Positions 1 to 9,621 of a stretch of DNA of 64,000 nucleotides are shown piece after piece (position 1 is the first letter of the stretch; every line of letters starts with the position of its first letter). The notes beneath the pieces are model-generated. The model was given only the letters and a program-made list of their open reading frames with translations. It had not been told where the DNA came from and did not search any database. The DNA is from Candidatus Latescibacterota bacterium. GTDB lineage: Bacteria > Latescibacterota > UBA2968 > UBA8231. The DNA lies in contig OZ242214.1 of the NCBI GenBank assembly GCA_965206595.1, forward strand, positions 5,216,001-5,280,000, written 5' to 3'. A program made the position numbers and the translations under genes.

Positions 1-167
1 TTCTAGAATTCGGCAGGGCCGAACCGTCGGTTCCGGGGTATGAGGCGGTGCGGCGAAAGATCGAAGAAGCGATGGTCGAGGTCGCCCAGGGAGGCGAGAT
101 CGCCCCGGTTCTGCAACGGCTCGAAGAAGAGGCCAACCTCGTTCTCGACGAGTTCGAAATGTGGTAG
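1..167 (+). CDS. C-terminal end of a probable extracellular solute-binding protein (truncated by window edge)
   Basis: Frame from nt 3 reads LEFGRAEPSVPGYEAVRRKIEEAMVEVAQGGEIAPVLQRLEEEANLVLDEFEMW* (TAG 165-167), resembling family-1 SBP C-terminal helices. Confidence 0.5.
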   Translation, partial: LEFGRAEPSVPGYEAVRRKIEEAMVEVAQGGEIAPVLQRLEEEANLVLDEFEMW

Positions 168-233
168 GTCCGCTTCCGCAGCCGGGAGGCTGATGTGCGG
201 ATTGATTTACAACGGAAACAGCAGAGGAGAAAG

Positions 234-1625
234 ATGGACGTACGCATCGAATCGGACAGCATGGGCGACGTGGAAGTCGCTGCGGACCGTTACTACGGCG
301 CCCAGACGCATCGGTCGTTGCAGAATTTCGCTATCGGCCAAGAGCGGTTTACGCGAGAAATGATCAAGGCGTTGGGCATCGTCAAAAAGGCGTCTGCCTT
401 GGTAAACCATGAGCTGGGAACCTTGGAGGAGGATCTCGCGGATCTGATCGTCAGGGCGGCCGACGAGGTCATCGCCGGAGACTGGGACGATCACTTTCCC
501 TTGGTCGTATGGCAGACAGGCAGCGGCACGCAGTCGAACATGAATGTCAACGAGGTGATTTCGAATCGCGCCATCGAGATGGCCGGGGGCAAGCTGGGCT
601 CGAAAGACCCGGTACATCCTAACGACCATGTCAACAGGAGTCAGTCGTCCAACGACGTTTTTCCCACGGCCATGCACATCGCCGCGGTGGACGCGATCGC
701 CAACAGCCTCATTCCCTCCCTGCAGCAACTGGCGGCGACGTTCGACGAAAAAGCAAGGCGCTTCGGCGACGTGATAAAAATCGGCCGCACTCACCTGCAG
801 GATGCCACACCTCTGACCCTGGGCCAGGAGCTTTCCGGTCATGCGGCGCAACTGCACGAAGCCATCCGTCGCGGCCGGGCGGCCCTGCAACCGCTGTACA
901 AACTGGCGCTGGGCGGCACGGCGGTGGGGACCGGCCTCAACTCGAAAAAGGGATTCGACGAAAAGACAGCGGCCGCCATCGCCCGGGAGACCGGGCAGCC
1001 TTTCGTGACGGCGCCGAACAAGTACGAGGCGCTCGCTGCTCACGATGCGCTGGTTGAGGCTTCAGGAATGTTGAAGACGATTGCGGCATCGCTGATGAAG
1101 ATCGCCAACGACGTGCGCTGGATGGCCTCGGGACCGCGGAGCGGTCTCGGTGAGATATTCATTCCCGAGAACGAACCGGGTTCTTCGATCATGCCGGGGA
1201 AAGTCAACCCGACTCAGTGCGAGGCGCTGACGATGGTCTGTGCCCAGGTCATGGGGAATGACGCCGCCGTCGGCTTCTCGGGTGCCTCGGGCAACTTCGA
1301 GCTCAACGTCTTCAAACCTGTCATCATTCACAACGTGCTGACGTCCATCCGGCTGCTGGCCGACGCGGCGCGCAGTTTCGACATCCACTGCGCCGTAGGC
1401 ATTGAGCCCAACCGCGAGCGCATCGAAGCATTGATGCAGCAGTCGCTCATGCTGGTTACGGCCCTGAACCCCCACATCGGCTACGACAACGCCGCCAAGG
1501 TGGCCAAGACCGCGTACAGCGAAGGGAAAACCCTGAAGGAGGTGGCCGTGGAGATGGGGCTTCTCACCCCGGAACAGTTCGATGAATGGGTGCGGCCCGA
1601 AAAGATGGTTTCGCCGTCGTCGTAA
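234..1625 (+). CDS. fumC: Fumarate hydratase class II
   Basis: [37 protein letters not shown] and signature [15 protein letters not shown]; GAGGAG RBS before ATG 234. Confidence 0.97.
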   Translation: MDVRIESDSMGDVEVAADRYYGAQTHRSLQNFAIGQERFTREMIKALGIVKKASALVNHELGTLEEDLADLIVRAADEVIAGDWDDHFPLVVWQTGSGTQSNMNVNEVISNRAIEMAGGKLGSKDPVHPNDHVNRSQSSNDVFPTAMHIAAVDAIANSLIPSLQQLAATFDEKARRFGDVIKIGRTHLQDATPLTLGQELSGHAAQLHEAIRRGRAALQPLYKLALGGTAVGTGLNSKKGFDEKTAAAIARETGQPFVTAPNKYEALAAHDALVEASGMLKTIAASLMKIANDVRWMASGPRSGLGEIFIPENEPGSSIMPGKVNPTQCEALTMVCAQVMGNDAAVGFSGASGNFELNVFKPVIIHNVLTSIRLLADAARSFDIHCAVGIEPNRERIEALMQQSLMLVTALNPHIGYDNAAKVAKTAYSEGKTLKEVAVEMGLLTPEQFDEWVRPEKMVSPSS

Positions 1626-1735
1626 GACATTTCGCGCTTGTTCGCCGGATGCTCTCCACAATCGCGTTTTCCGGGAACGGACACAGCCGTAAGTTCGTTT
1701 TCCTCAGCCAGGCCCATCAGGGAAATCGGGTGCGC

Positions 1736-3085
1736 ATGAAAACGGTGAAATTCGGCGGCAGCTCCTTGGCGACATCCTCGTCGGTCCGCACAGTCGCCGA
1801 CATCATTCGGGCAGACGAACAGCGCCGACTCGTCGTCGTATCGGCCCCCGGCAAACGCAGTGCCGGCGACGTCAAGGTCACCGATCTGTTGATCGCCGCC
1901 GCCGAGGCGCGCCTGACGAACAGGAGCGGCCGCGAGGAAATGGAACGGGTCGTGGCCCGCTTCGCAGAGATCGCCGGGGGTCTCGGGCTCGCGTCGTCAT
2001 CGATCCAGACGATCGCCGCCGACCTCGAAGCCCGGCTGCAGTCCGACCCTGGAGACGAAGAACTGTTTACGGACACCCTGAAGGCGGCCGGCGAAGCGAA
2101 CTGCGCCCGTCTGGTGGCGGAGTACCTCTGTGCCCAAGGTACCGAGGCCCACTACGTCGGCCCGCTGGAAGGCGGCATGATGCTGTCGGAGGAGCCGGGC
2201 AACGCCCGCGTCCTGCGCCAATCGTACGGCAAACTCAGAAACCTGCGAGAGCGCCCTGGCATCACCCTCTTTCCCGGGTTCTTCGGCTACGCGGAGAGCG
2301 GGAAGCTGGTCACGTTTCCGCGCGGGGGCTCCGATATCACCGGGGCGATCCTCGCCGCGGCCATCGACGCCGAGCTCTACGAGAATTTCACCGATGTCGA
2401 CTCCGTGTTCGCCGCCAGGCCCCAACATGTCGACAACCCGCGCGGCGTTCCGGAGATCACCTACCGGGAGATGCGAGAGCTGTCGTACGCCGGTTTTTCG
2501 GTGTTTCACGACGAAGCGCTCGAGCCGGTTTTTCACGCCGGGATTCCGGTTGCGGTGAAAAACACCAACAACCCCGACGCTCCCGGAACCCGCATAGTCC
2601 GGTCCCGAACGGTCGCCGAGGATCCCGTCGTCGGCATCGCCGCAACAGGCGGTTTTTGCAGCATGTACGTCAGCAAGTACCTGATGAACCGGGAGGTCGG
2701 CTTCGGACGGCGGCTGCTCCAGATCTACGAAGACGAGGGGATGCCGTTCGAGCACACCCCGTCGGGAATCGACAACATCTCCGTGATTGTCCGGGAGGAG
2801 TACCTGAACCACGCGGTCGAAGAACGGGTCGTCCGCCGTATTCGCACCGAGCTCGAAGCGGACGAGGTTTCGGTTGAGCGCGGGCTGGCTCTGGTGATGG
2901 TAGTCGGTGAAGGGATGCGTCACACCATCGGGCTGGCGGCGCGGGCGACGTCGGCGATCGCTCGCGCCCGGGTCAACCTGGAAATGATCAACCAGGGGTC
3001 CAGCGAGGTCAGCATGATGTTCGGCGTCAAGGAAGCCGACGTGGCCGCGGCAGTTCAGTCGCTCTATGCGGAGTTTTTCGGTTAG
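1736..3085 (+). CDS. lysC: Aspartate kinase (AK III/YclM-like, two ACT domains)
   Basis: KFGGSSLA, VVVSAPGK, TFPRGGSDITG, ENFTDVD, TYREMRELSYAG; C-terminal ACT repeats (NQGSSEVSMMFG). Confidence 0.93.
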   Translation: MKTVKFGGSSLATSSSVRTVADIIRADEQRRLVVVSAPGKRSAGDVKVTDLLIAAAEARLTNRSGREEMERVVARFAEIAGGLGLASSSIQTIAADLEARLQSDPGDEELFTDTLKAAGEANCARLVAEYLCAQGTEAHYVGPLEGGMMLSEEPGNARVLRQSYGKLRNLRERPGITLFPGFFGYAESGKLVTFPRGGSDITGAILAAAIDAELYENFTDVDSVFAARPQHVDNPRGVPEITYREMRELSYAGFSVFHDEALEPVFHAGIPVAVKNTNNPDAPGTRIVRSRTVAEDPVVGIAATGGFCSMYVSKYLMNREVGFGRRLLQIYEDEGMPFEHTPSGIDNISVIVREEYLNHAVEERVVRRIRTELEADEVSVERGLALVMVVGEGMRHTIGLAARATSAIARARVNLEMINQGSSEVSMMFGVKEADVAAAVQSLYAEFFG

Positions 3086-3128
3086 CCCGACTCCCTGGTA
3101 GAGACAACGGCAAAGGAGAAAACCTGTC

Positions 3129-4232
3129 ATGCCAGCAGAAAAAAAGGGGTTGAATTACGGGGAAGCCGGGGTCGACACGGACGCCGCTCTCGGCGCCCTC
3201 CAACGCCTTCTGTATTGGGTCAATCAGCCGGAACACTGCCGCTACGACTGCAGCTCGGTTGGGAGGGTGGCGCTCGAGTCGGGGTTTTTCGCAACCGTGA
3301 TCGACATCGGAAACCTCGGCCTGGCGATGACGACCGACGGCGTCGGGACCAAGCTGCTGGTTGCCCAGATGATGAAGAAGTACGACACCGTCGGCATCGA
3401 CTGCGTCGCCATGGTCGTAAACGATCTGGTATGCGTCGGGGCGGAACCGGTCTCCATGCTCGACTACATCGCCGTGGAGAAGGCGGATCCGGACGTATTC
3501 GAGCAGATCGGTGTCGGGCTGCAGCGCGGGGCAGAATACGCGAACGTCTCGATTTCCGGAGGGGAAATCGCCCAGGTAAAGGAGATGCTGCGCGGCTACC
3601 GGGAGGGCAGCGGCCTGGACCTGGTCGGCATGGCGATCGGCCTGGTGCCGCTCGAGGAGATGATCGTGGGAGAGGATATAGATGACGGCGACGTGGTGGT
3701 CGGCTTGAAGAGCAACGGCATACACAGCAACGGTTACACCCTGGCTCGCAAGGTCCTGTTCGAGGAAATGGGCTTGACGGTCGATTCCCATGTCCCCGAA
3801 CTGGGTCGCAGCGTAGGTGAGGAGCTGTTGCGCCCTACCGCCATCTATGTGCGCCCGGCCATCGACATGATGCGGGCTGACGTGCGCATCAAGGCATTCA
3901 GTCACATGACCAGCGACGGGTTCCTCAACCTGCTGCGGGTGCGCACGAATACCGGTTTCGTTCTCGACTACCTACCTGAGCCGGATCCCGTGTTTCAGGT
4001 GCTCCAGGAAGGGGGGCGGTTGGCGGACGAGGAGATGTTTCTCGTATTCAACATGGGGGTCGGGTTCGGGGTGGTTACCCCGGAAAAGGATGCAGACGCA
4101 GTTCGCGCCATTGCCCTGCGTCATGGCTTCGAAGCCTGGGTCCTGGGGCGGGCGGCCGGCCATCTAGCGGGTAAAGTAATCGTCGAGCCGCGGCAATTGA
4201 TCGGCGAGAACGACGTATTCCGAAAGATCTGA
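3129..4232 (+). CDS. purM: Phosphoribosylformylglycinamidine cyclo-ligase (AIR synthetase)
   Basis: YGEAGVD, TDGVGTK, GIDCVAMVVND, GGEIA, SNGIHSNGYTLARK, FNMGVG. Confidence 0.95.
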   Translation: MPAEKKGLNYGEAGVDTDAALGALQRLLYWVNQPEHCRYDCSSVGRVALESGFFATVIDIGNLGLAMTTDGVGTKLLVAQMMKKYDTVGIDCVAMVVNDLVCVGAEPVSMLDYIAVEKADPDVFEQIGVGLQRGAEYANVSISGGEIAQVKEMLRGYREGSGLDLVGMAIGLVPLEEMIVGEDIDDGDVVVGLKSNGIHSNGYTLARKVLFEEMGLTVDSHVPELGRSVGEELLRPTAIYVRPAIDMMRADVRIKAFSHMTSDGFLNLLRVRTNTGFVLDYLPEPDPVFQVLQEGGRLADEEMFLVFNMGVGFGVVTPEKDADAVRAIALRHGFEAWVLGRAAGHLAGKVIVEPRQLIGENDVFRKI

Positions 4233-4440
4233 GGGTTATCTGCCTTGCCGCCCTGGCAGCGGAAAGCCCGCCCCTAACCAGGGAAAGGCTTCCGGGGGAA
4301 ACCGGGACACCACTCCCGCCCTTGGTGCATACGTTTACTTGGAGACGTATACAGTGGCCTGGGTTTGGTTTATGTCAGGGTAATCGCGAAGGCGGTAACA
4401 GCGGCATTTTGTGGAGTTTTAAATTGCCGGGGATGGATGG

Positions 4441-5520
4441 TTACTTCCAAACCGGCCCGAACTTGGGCTGCCTCGGCTCGCGGTCCCGCAACAGGCGGAT
4501 TCTGGAATCGCGTAGCGGCAAGTGAATTCGTTTCCCTCCCTGCAGATGTGACTCGATGAAGGCGAAGATCAGTTCCGTGCTCTGGTGAGCGGACCGGACC
4601 CCGCCGCGTGGGGGGTCGCCGGTGTCGAGGGAATGCGCGAGATCCTCGATTATTGCCTGTGTGCTGCTCGTCTCCACGAGGTCCATTGAAGTGCGCTCGA
4701 TCTGGGACCGTCCGGCGACTTCGAGGGTGCTGACCACTTCCCACAGATTCTCCGGTTCCTGGCCCAGAACCGAGCCCCCTTCACAGATCAGTTCGAACCG
4801 GAGTCCGCGGCCCGTGTTGAGCGCATAGCCGTAGGCCCCGTCGGAGAATCGGAAAATACCTTCGCCTACCGGGTCCTCTGTGAGGATGTCTCCGTCGAAG
4901 AGATCCTCTTCGGGGTCGCGAAGAAACCCTTGGACCCAGTCGACGGGGACGTCGCCGTGGAGCCGAAGCATGAGGTCGATTGTATGGCTGGCACTGTTGA
5001 AAAGCGTCCCCGTACAATGCGAGACGATGGCCTGCAGGGAGCCCAGGCGTCCGCTGGCGACCACTTCCCTGAGTTGATCCCACCGGGCGTCCCAGCGGCG
5101 GTTTGTGCCGATGTTGAAGAATACTCCCTTTGCTTCGCATGCTGCCACCAAGGCATCGGCTTCCGCCATCGAAGCAGCCATCGCTTTTTCGGCGTAGATC
5201 GCCGACGCACCTGCCTCGACAGCATCCAGGACGATCTGGGCTCGGTGTTCCGGTTGCGTGGCGACGCTGACGATGTCGGGCTTTTCCCGGGCAAGCATCT
5301 CCCGGTAATTGCGGTACTGGTGGTCAGCCGGGACTCCGTAACGCTCTCCCGCCTTGGCCAGTACCTCCTCCCGGGTGTCGGAAAGGGCAATCAATTCTGT
5401 ACGGCAGGAGGCTTCATATCCGGCCGCGTGGGAATAGGCGAACTGCCTGTTGCCTTCATTGTCGATAAATGCCCCCATTCGGCTGCAGCCGATCAGTGCT
5501 GCCCGATAGACTTCCATCAT
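4441..5520 (-). CDS. Gfo/Idh/MocA family oxidoreductase
   Basis: ALIGCSRMG Rossmann start, PDIVSVAT, YAEKAMA, TNRRWD; AGGAGG RBS. Confidence 0.9.
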   Translation of the reverse strand: MMEVYRAALIGCSRMGAFIDNEGNRQFAYSHAAGYEASCRTELIALSDTREEVLAKAGERYGVPADHQYRNYREMLAREKPDIVSVATQPEHRAQIVLDAVEAGASAIYAEKAMAASMAEADALVAACEAKGVFFNIGTNRRWDARWDQLREVVASGRLGSLQAIVSHCTGTLFNSASHTIDLMLRLHGDVPVDWVQGFLRDPEEDLFDGDILTEDPVGEGIFRFSDGAYGYALNTGRGLRFELICEGGSVLGQEPENLWEVVSTLEVAGRSQIERTSMDLVETSSTQAIIEDLAHSLDTGDPPRGGVRSAHQSTELIFAFIESHLQGGKRIHLPLRDSRIRLLRDREPRQPKFGPVWK

Positions 5521-5788
5521 TTCCTCCTATTGTCGATAATTGATAAAATAAATAGCTGAAAATGGCCCAAAGTGTGCAGTATTCAACGGTACTTTTCCAC
5601 AATCGTGTTGATATGTGGAAATCCCACAGAAACAGGTTTGATTCCTGTCTTTGAATCCAGGCAGTTTCCGGTATCTGACTTCATGGCCGGAGACCGGTCG
5701 AATCTCGAAAACCTGGGCGGTGAGCGCCGAAATTAAATTATCGTCGAACTCGATTTTTAGTAATAGCCCTTGAAGCAAGCGAGGATAG

Positions 5789-6949
5789 GTGGATAGATCT
5801 GTAAGCGATCGCGCCGGGAAGGTCGAGAAGCAGCGTGATGGGCATCTCGGATTTTTCCCGAACCCGCTTCCACCCCGAATAGAGGTGGGACCTTCGCTTT
5901 GGAATCGGCTCGGGGAAGCCGAGCGCGCCCTGGGCTGGATTTCCGGCTGGGCTGCCCATCTCGATGGTGCCGCTCCCTATGCCGCTTTGGCACTTAGGAA
6001 GGAAGCGGTTATGGCCGCACGGCTCGAGGGCAATCCGGTGGCGCTTTCCGACTTGCTTTGGTATTCCCTCGACGGCGCCGAGGCCGAAGGCCTGCAATCG
6101 GCTCCCGGAGCGGTTCAGGCAGCCCTCAACTACGTCCATGCTGCGGAACACCTGCTGCCAGCCGTGCGGAGCAAAGGTGTTTCAACCTTCACTCTCCGGC
6201 AGGCGCACCTGAAACTCTACGAGGGGTTGCAAGGGAGAGACGAAACCCCGGGCAACTACCGTTCGGGGGAGATCTGGATCGGGCCCTCCGGCAGCACGGC
6301 GCACGATGCCCACTTCGTCCCCCCTCCTCACCGGCAGATTCCCCGGATGATTCAGGAGCTCGACCGCTTCCTGCAACAGGACCGGACAACGCCGCCGCTG
6401 GTTGCCGCCGGGCTGGTTTACTATCAGCTGGAGACCGTCCACCCCTTCGTCGACGGAAACGGCAAGGTCGCCCGTCTCTCGGTGCAGTTGTTGCTCGGGA
6501 GGGAGCCCGGGTCCTGGCCGCAGTTCGTCAGTCTTGCATCGATCTTCGGACGCGATCCCCGCGACCACTTCGAGCGCCTGCAGCGGGTGCGCTTGCAAGG
6601 GGATTGGGAAGGGTGGATCAGCTATTTCCTGGAATGTATTCGCGAAGCGGCAGAGGAGGGAGCGAAATTGCTGACCTGGCTGGTCCGGCTTCGTTCCGAG
6701 CACCGCGAGCTGCTGCGCAGGGAACTTGGGGGTACGGCCGGCCCGGCGGTGGCCCTGCTCGACGCCCTGTTTTCCCAGCCTTTGACAAGTGTCGCCGCCG
6801 CGGCCGAGATCACCGGGCGCACGTTCGCCAACACCAACAACCTGATGGCGCGGCTCGAAAGCTGGGGACTGCTGACCGAGATCAGCGGCCGTCGTCGTCA
6901 TCGCCGCTTCTGCTACCAACCCTTTTTGACCCTCATGAAATCCGGTTGA
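5789..6949 (+). CDS. Fic family protein (N-terminal Fic_N region, Fic core, C-terminal wHTH)
   Basis: EAVMAARLEGN, PGNYRSGEIWIG, HPFVDGNGKVAR Fic motif, C-terminal LTEISGRRRHRRFCY. Confidence 0.9.
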   Translation: MDRSVSDRAGKVEKQRDGHLGFFPNPLPPRIEVGPSLWNRLGEAERALGWISGWAAHLDGAAPYAALALRKEAVMAARLEGNPVALSDLLWYSLDGAEAEGLQSAPGAVQAALNYVHAAEHLLPAVRSKGVSTFTLRQAHLKLYEGLQGRDETPGNYRSGEIWIGPSGSTAHDAHFVPPPHRQIPRMIQELDRFLQQDRTTPPLVAAGLVYYQLETVHPFVDGNGKVARLSVQLLLGREPGSWPQFVSLASIFGRDPRDHFERLQRVRLQGDWEGWISYFLECIREAAEEGAKLLTWLVRLRSEHRELLRRELGGTAGPAVALLDALFSQPLTSVAAAAEITGRTFANTNNLMARLESWGLLTEISGRRRHRRFCYQPFLTLMKSG

Positions 6950-7018
6950 TGCCGGCCCACTTGGTTCCTGTTCGTAAGGTAAGCGGGCGAATTCACAGCG
7001 GAACTGAGCGCGAGGACA

Positions 7019-8095
7019 CTAGACGTGGAAGACGTATAGATCGCGATCGGCGATCGGAAGATCGACCCAACTTCCGCCGCGGCGATGGCTTTCGGCAACC
7101 GCCAGCGTGGCTTCGGTGATATGGTGGGTGACATCGACGTGGCCGCGCGTCGGCCTGGCGTTCTCATAGGCCTCGACGAGATCCTCAAGGCAGGAGACCG
7201 TGGCGCTCTTGGGGGGCAACACCGGCAGCTCACAGCCATCCCAGCCGTAGCGGTCTCCTCCTTCCCCACGCCGCATTACCGCACCGGCGCCGTTGTCCAG
7301 CGAGCGGACCATGCCCTCGGTGCCCAGCACCTCGAACTGCCAGTTTCCCGCAGGGATCGACCAGCCGCGTACCCCGTTTTCGAACAGCAGCTCGTAGGTC
7401 CCGAGGGGGTCGTGGGGAATGAAGCTTTCCTCGATGTGGAGGTCTCTCGGGTCGAGTTCTCCCCGCACCTGGGTGATTGCGGGGTCGCCGATCAGCCAGG
7501 ACAGGGTGTCGATCGAATGGATGTGTCCGTGCAGCAGGCTCGAAACGGCGTAGTGAACGACAGCAACCGGGTCGCCGATCTCCCCTTTGAGGACGGCCTC
7601 GCGAACCGGGTCGTAGCGTACGTCGAAGCGCCGGAGAACCCCCGAGTTGAAGAGGGTACCGTTGCGCTTTACGGCATCTCGCAACTCGTCGCATCGCCGC
7701 ATCGAGCAGGCGACCGCTTTCTCGACGAACAGCATCGGGACTCCGAGGTCGGCCAGGGCAACGGTGAGATCGGCGTGGGCGTCGCCCCGGAACTCGGGTG
7801 AAGGCGCCTCGTTGCCAGGTTTCTGCAAGCCTGTCGCCGTCGTGCAGACGGCAACGATGTCGGGGCTCTCGCCCCGGACCATTTCAGCGTAGTCCTCGTA
7901 CACCGGGACCCCGTAGCGCTCGGCAAATCCGCTGCGCCTGTCGGCGAGCAGGTCGCAGCCGGCGGCCAGTTCGAGGCGCTCGCTCGCAAGCGATGAATTT
8001 GCGATGGAATAAGGCAGATCCCTGTTGGGCTGCTGATCGTCGATATAGGATCCCATTCGTCCCAGGCCGAGAACGCCGACGCGATAGGTCTTCAC
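7019..8095 (-). CDS. Gfo/Idh/MocA family oxidoreductase
   Basis: VGVLGLGRMG, PDIVAVCT, FVEKAVAC, VLRRFD; GTG start. Confidence 0.88.
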   Translation of the reverse strand: MKTYRVGVLGLGRMGSYIDDQQPNRDLPYSIANSSLASERLELAAGCDLLADRRSGFAERYGVPVYEDYAEMVRGESPDIVAVCTTATGLQKPGNEAPSPEFRGDAHADLTVALADLGVPMLFVEKAVACSMRRCDELRDAVKRNGTLFNSGVLRRFDVRYDPVREAVLKGEIGDPVAVVHYAVSSLLHGHIHSIDTLSWLIGDPAITQVRGELDPRDLHIEESFIPHDPLGTYELLFENGVRGWSIPAGNWQFEVLGTEGMVRSLDNGAGAVMRRGEGGDRYGWDGCELPVLPPKSATVSCLEDLVEAYENARPTRGHVDVTHHITEATLAVAESHRRGGSWVDLPIADRDLYVFHV

Positions 8096-8304
8096 AGTAC
8101 GAACCTTTCCGGAAAGCGGGGTGAAGGAACAAGGGTGAGCTGTCGGGTGAGCAAGATGTGCAACAACGCGGACGCTCTCAAGCAGGCTTTCAGAAACCAG
8201 GGAACCACGGGCAGGTGTGTTCGGGTAGGGTCCGAAAAGCGAGGGCCCCGTCCCGGCGCAGGCGGTGCAGACAGTGTTCAGGTCCAGTAGCCGTGAGGGG
8301 TGAA

Positions 8305-8516
8305 GTTCTGGAGAAGGTCATGTTGACGACGCAGGTCGCCGGTCTCACCGAGGCTATACGATCACATAGTCGACCAGGCCTGTGCCGGTGGGGAGGATCC
8401 CGACAGGCGGTTTTACGATTGGCGACGTCCTGTGGCGCGACCCTCTGTTTCTGGATCTCGTCGACTGGCCTTCCACCCTGCCGAAGGTGTGGGGAATTCT
8501 GGGGTGGAACATCCAG
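8305..8516 (+). pseudogene. N-terminal remnant of a phytanoyl-CoA dioxygenase (PhyH) family gene
   Basis: Two frames give VLEKVMLTTQVAGLTEAI and DVLWRDPLFLDLVDWPSTLPKVWGILGWNIQ, resembling PhyH N-terminal helices; ends before any HxD motif. Confidence 0.55.
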
Positions 8517-8528
8517 AGGGCCGGAGGC

Positions 8529-8558
8529 CCAACGTATACTACAAAAAGTATACGTTGG
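8529..8558. repeat. Perfect 12-bp inverted repeat CCAACGTATACT-N6-AGTATACGTTGG (operator or hairpin)
   Basis: Arms at 8529-8540 and 8547-8558 are exact reverse complements. Confidence 0.8.
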
Positions 8559-8652
8559 AGGCGTTGGGCTCGGCGAAAATGCAGCAGAAGGTAGAAAGAG
8601 CTGTGAAAATCCAACAAGGGAAAAAGACAGTTATCCACACCTGCCCTGTGGG

Positions 8653-9036
8653 CTACCAGGCTTTTTCCACAGAGACCTCCGGAATCGGATACCTCATCTG
8701 GTTGAGGCTGAAGATGCGGCCGCCCGTACGGATGGCGGTAGCGGCGAGAAAAGCGGCGCCCAGGTCGATCCCGTAAGTCGGGTTCCACTGCCGGTACAAG
8801 CCCGCCGCGGTGTCGGCGATTGCCTGATCGATCGGAGCGGTTTTGAAGCCGCTGAGGAACAGGTGGGTGCTTTCCTCTTCCCCCAAATGCATCGAAGAGA
8901 GGATTTCGCTACGGTCGAGGGCGCCAATCCACGGTTCATATGCGGGGTTGGCGGCCAGTTTTCTCAGGAATTTCAAGGCTTTGCGTTTTCCCCGTAGGTG
9001 ACGGATGAGAATCTCGGAATCGACGTAGGCTCTCAT
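8653..9036 (-). CDS. vapC: PIN-domain (VapC-like) toxin
   Basis: MRAYVDSEILIRHLRG, ...RSEIL..., GIDLGAAFLAATA; ATGA overlap with upstream antitoxin. Confidence 0.85.
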   Translation of the reverse strand: MRAYVDSEILIRHLRGKRKALKFLRKLAANPAYEPWIGALDRSEILSSMHLGEEESTHLFLSGFKTAPIDQAIADTAAGLYRQWNPTYGIDLGAAFLAATAIRTGGRIFSLNQMRYPIPEVSVEKAW

Positions 9037-9299
9037 TCGGCCACCTCCCGGCGTGGCAATGAATCGCTGAGAATGGCCCGATTCTGCTGCGTTGTTTCGA
9101 TGACGCTTTCGGTGCGTTCCCAAGCCCCGAAGGTCTGCGTGAACACGTCGAGGTTGCCGGTTTCCGACTCGACTTCCTCGGCATAGCGGGAAATCGCCTT
9201 TTCAATCAAGGCTTTCTTGGTACCCCCGAGCCTGCGCATGAGCTGATCGAGGCGGTGGATTACGGATTCGTCTACGCGGACAGACAGGACGCGGTCCAT
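9033..9299 (-). CDS. Ribbon-helix-helix (CopG/VapB-like) antitoxin
   Basis: MDRVLSVRVDESVIHRLDQLMRRLGGTKKALIEKAISRY RHH pattern, 88 aa, directly upstream of PIN gene; GGAGGG RBS. Confidence 0.85.
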   Translation of the reverse strand: MDRVLSVRVDESVIHRLDQLMRRLGGTKKALIEKAISRYAEEVESETGNLDVFTQTFGAWERTESVIETTQQNRAILSDSLPRREVAE

Positions 9300-9540
9300 G
9301 GGCAGGCTCCCTCCAAGTCATGTGGTGTGTATACGCATGTACGTAAACGTACGCACGGACACTTTAGCCCTGCAACCATCGCCGATGAAGCAGTCAATGG
9401 ATTGACCGGTGCGGGATCCGGGGATATCTCCGCCTCCTGTGGTCAGGAGAGCATCGGGGGCGAAGGTTGCCCCATGACATGCGGGATGCGCATAATTGCG
9501 GTGCCGTAGAAAAGGCGGCCGCGGTCCGGTCGCGAACAGC

Positions 9541-9588
9541 AGCGCGAGACGAAATACCGGCTTGAGCGCGAGACGAAATACCGGCTTG
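9541..9588 (+). repeat. Exact 24-bp tandem duplication
   Basis: AGCGCGAGACGAAATACCGGCTTG at 9541-9564 and 9565-9588. Confidence 0.9.
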
Positions 9589-9621
9589 TCAGACGGTGAG
9601 CCGAAAGAGGAAGGAAGCGCC

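Noticed and set aside
9541-9588. Mini CRISPR array
   Set aside because: Two abutting copies with no spacer and no cas genes.
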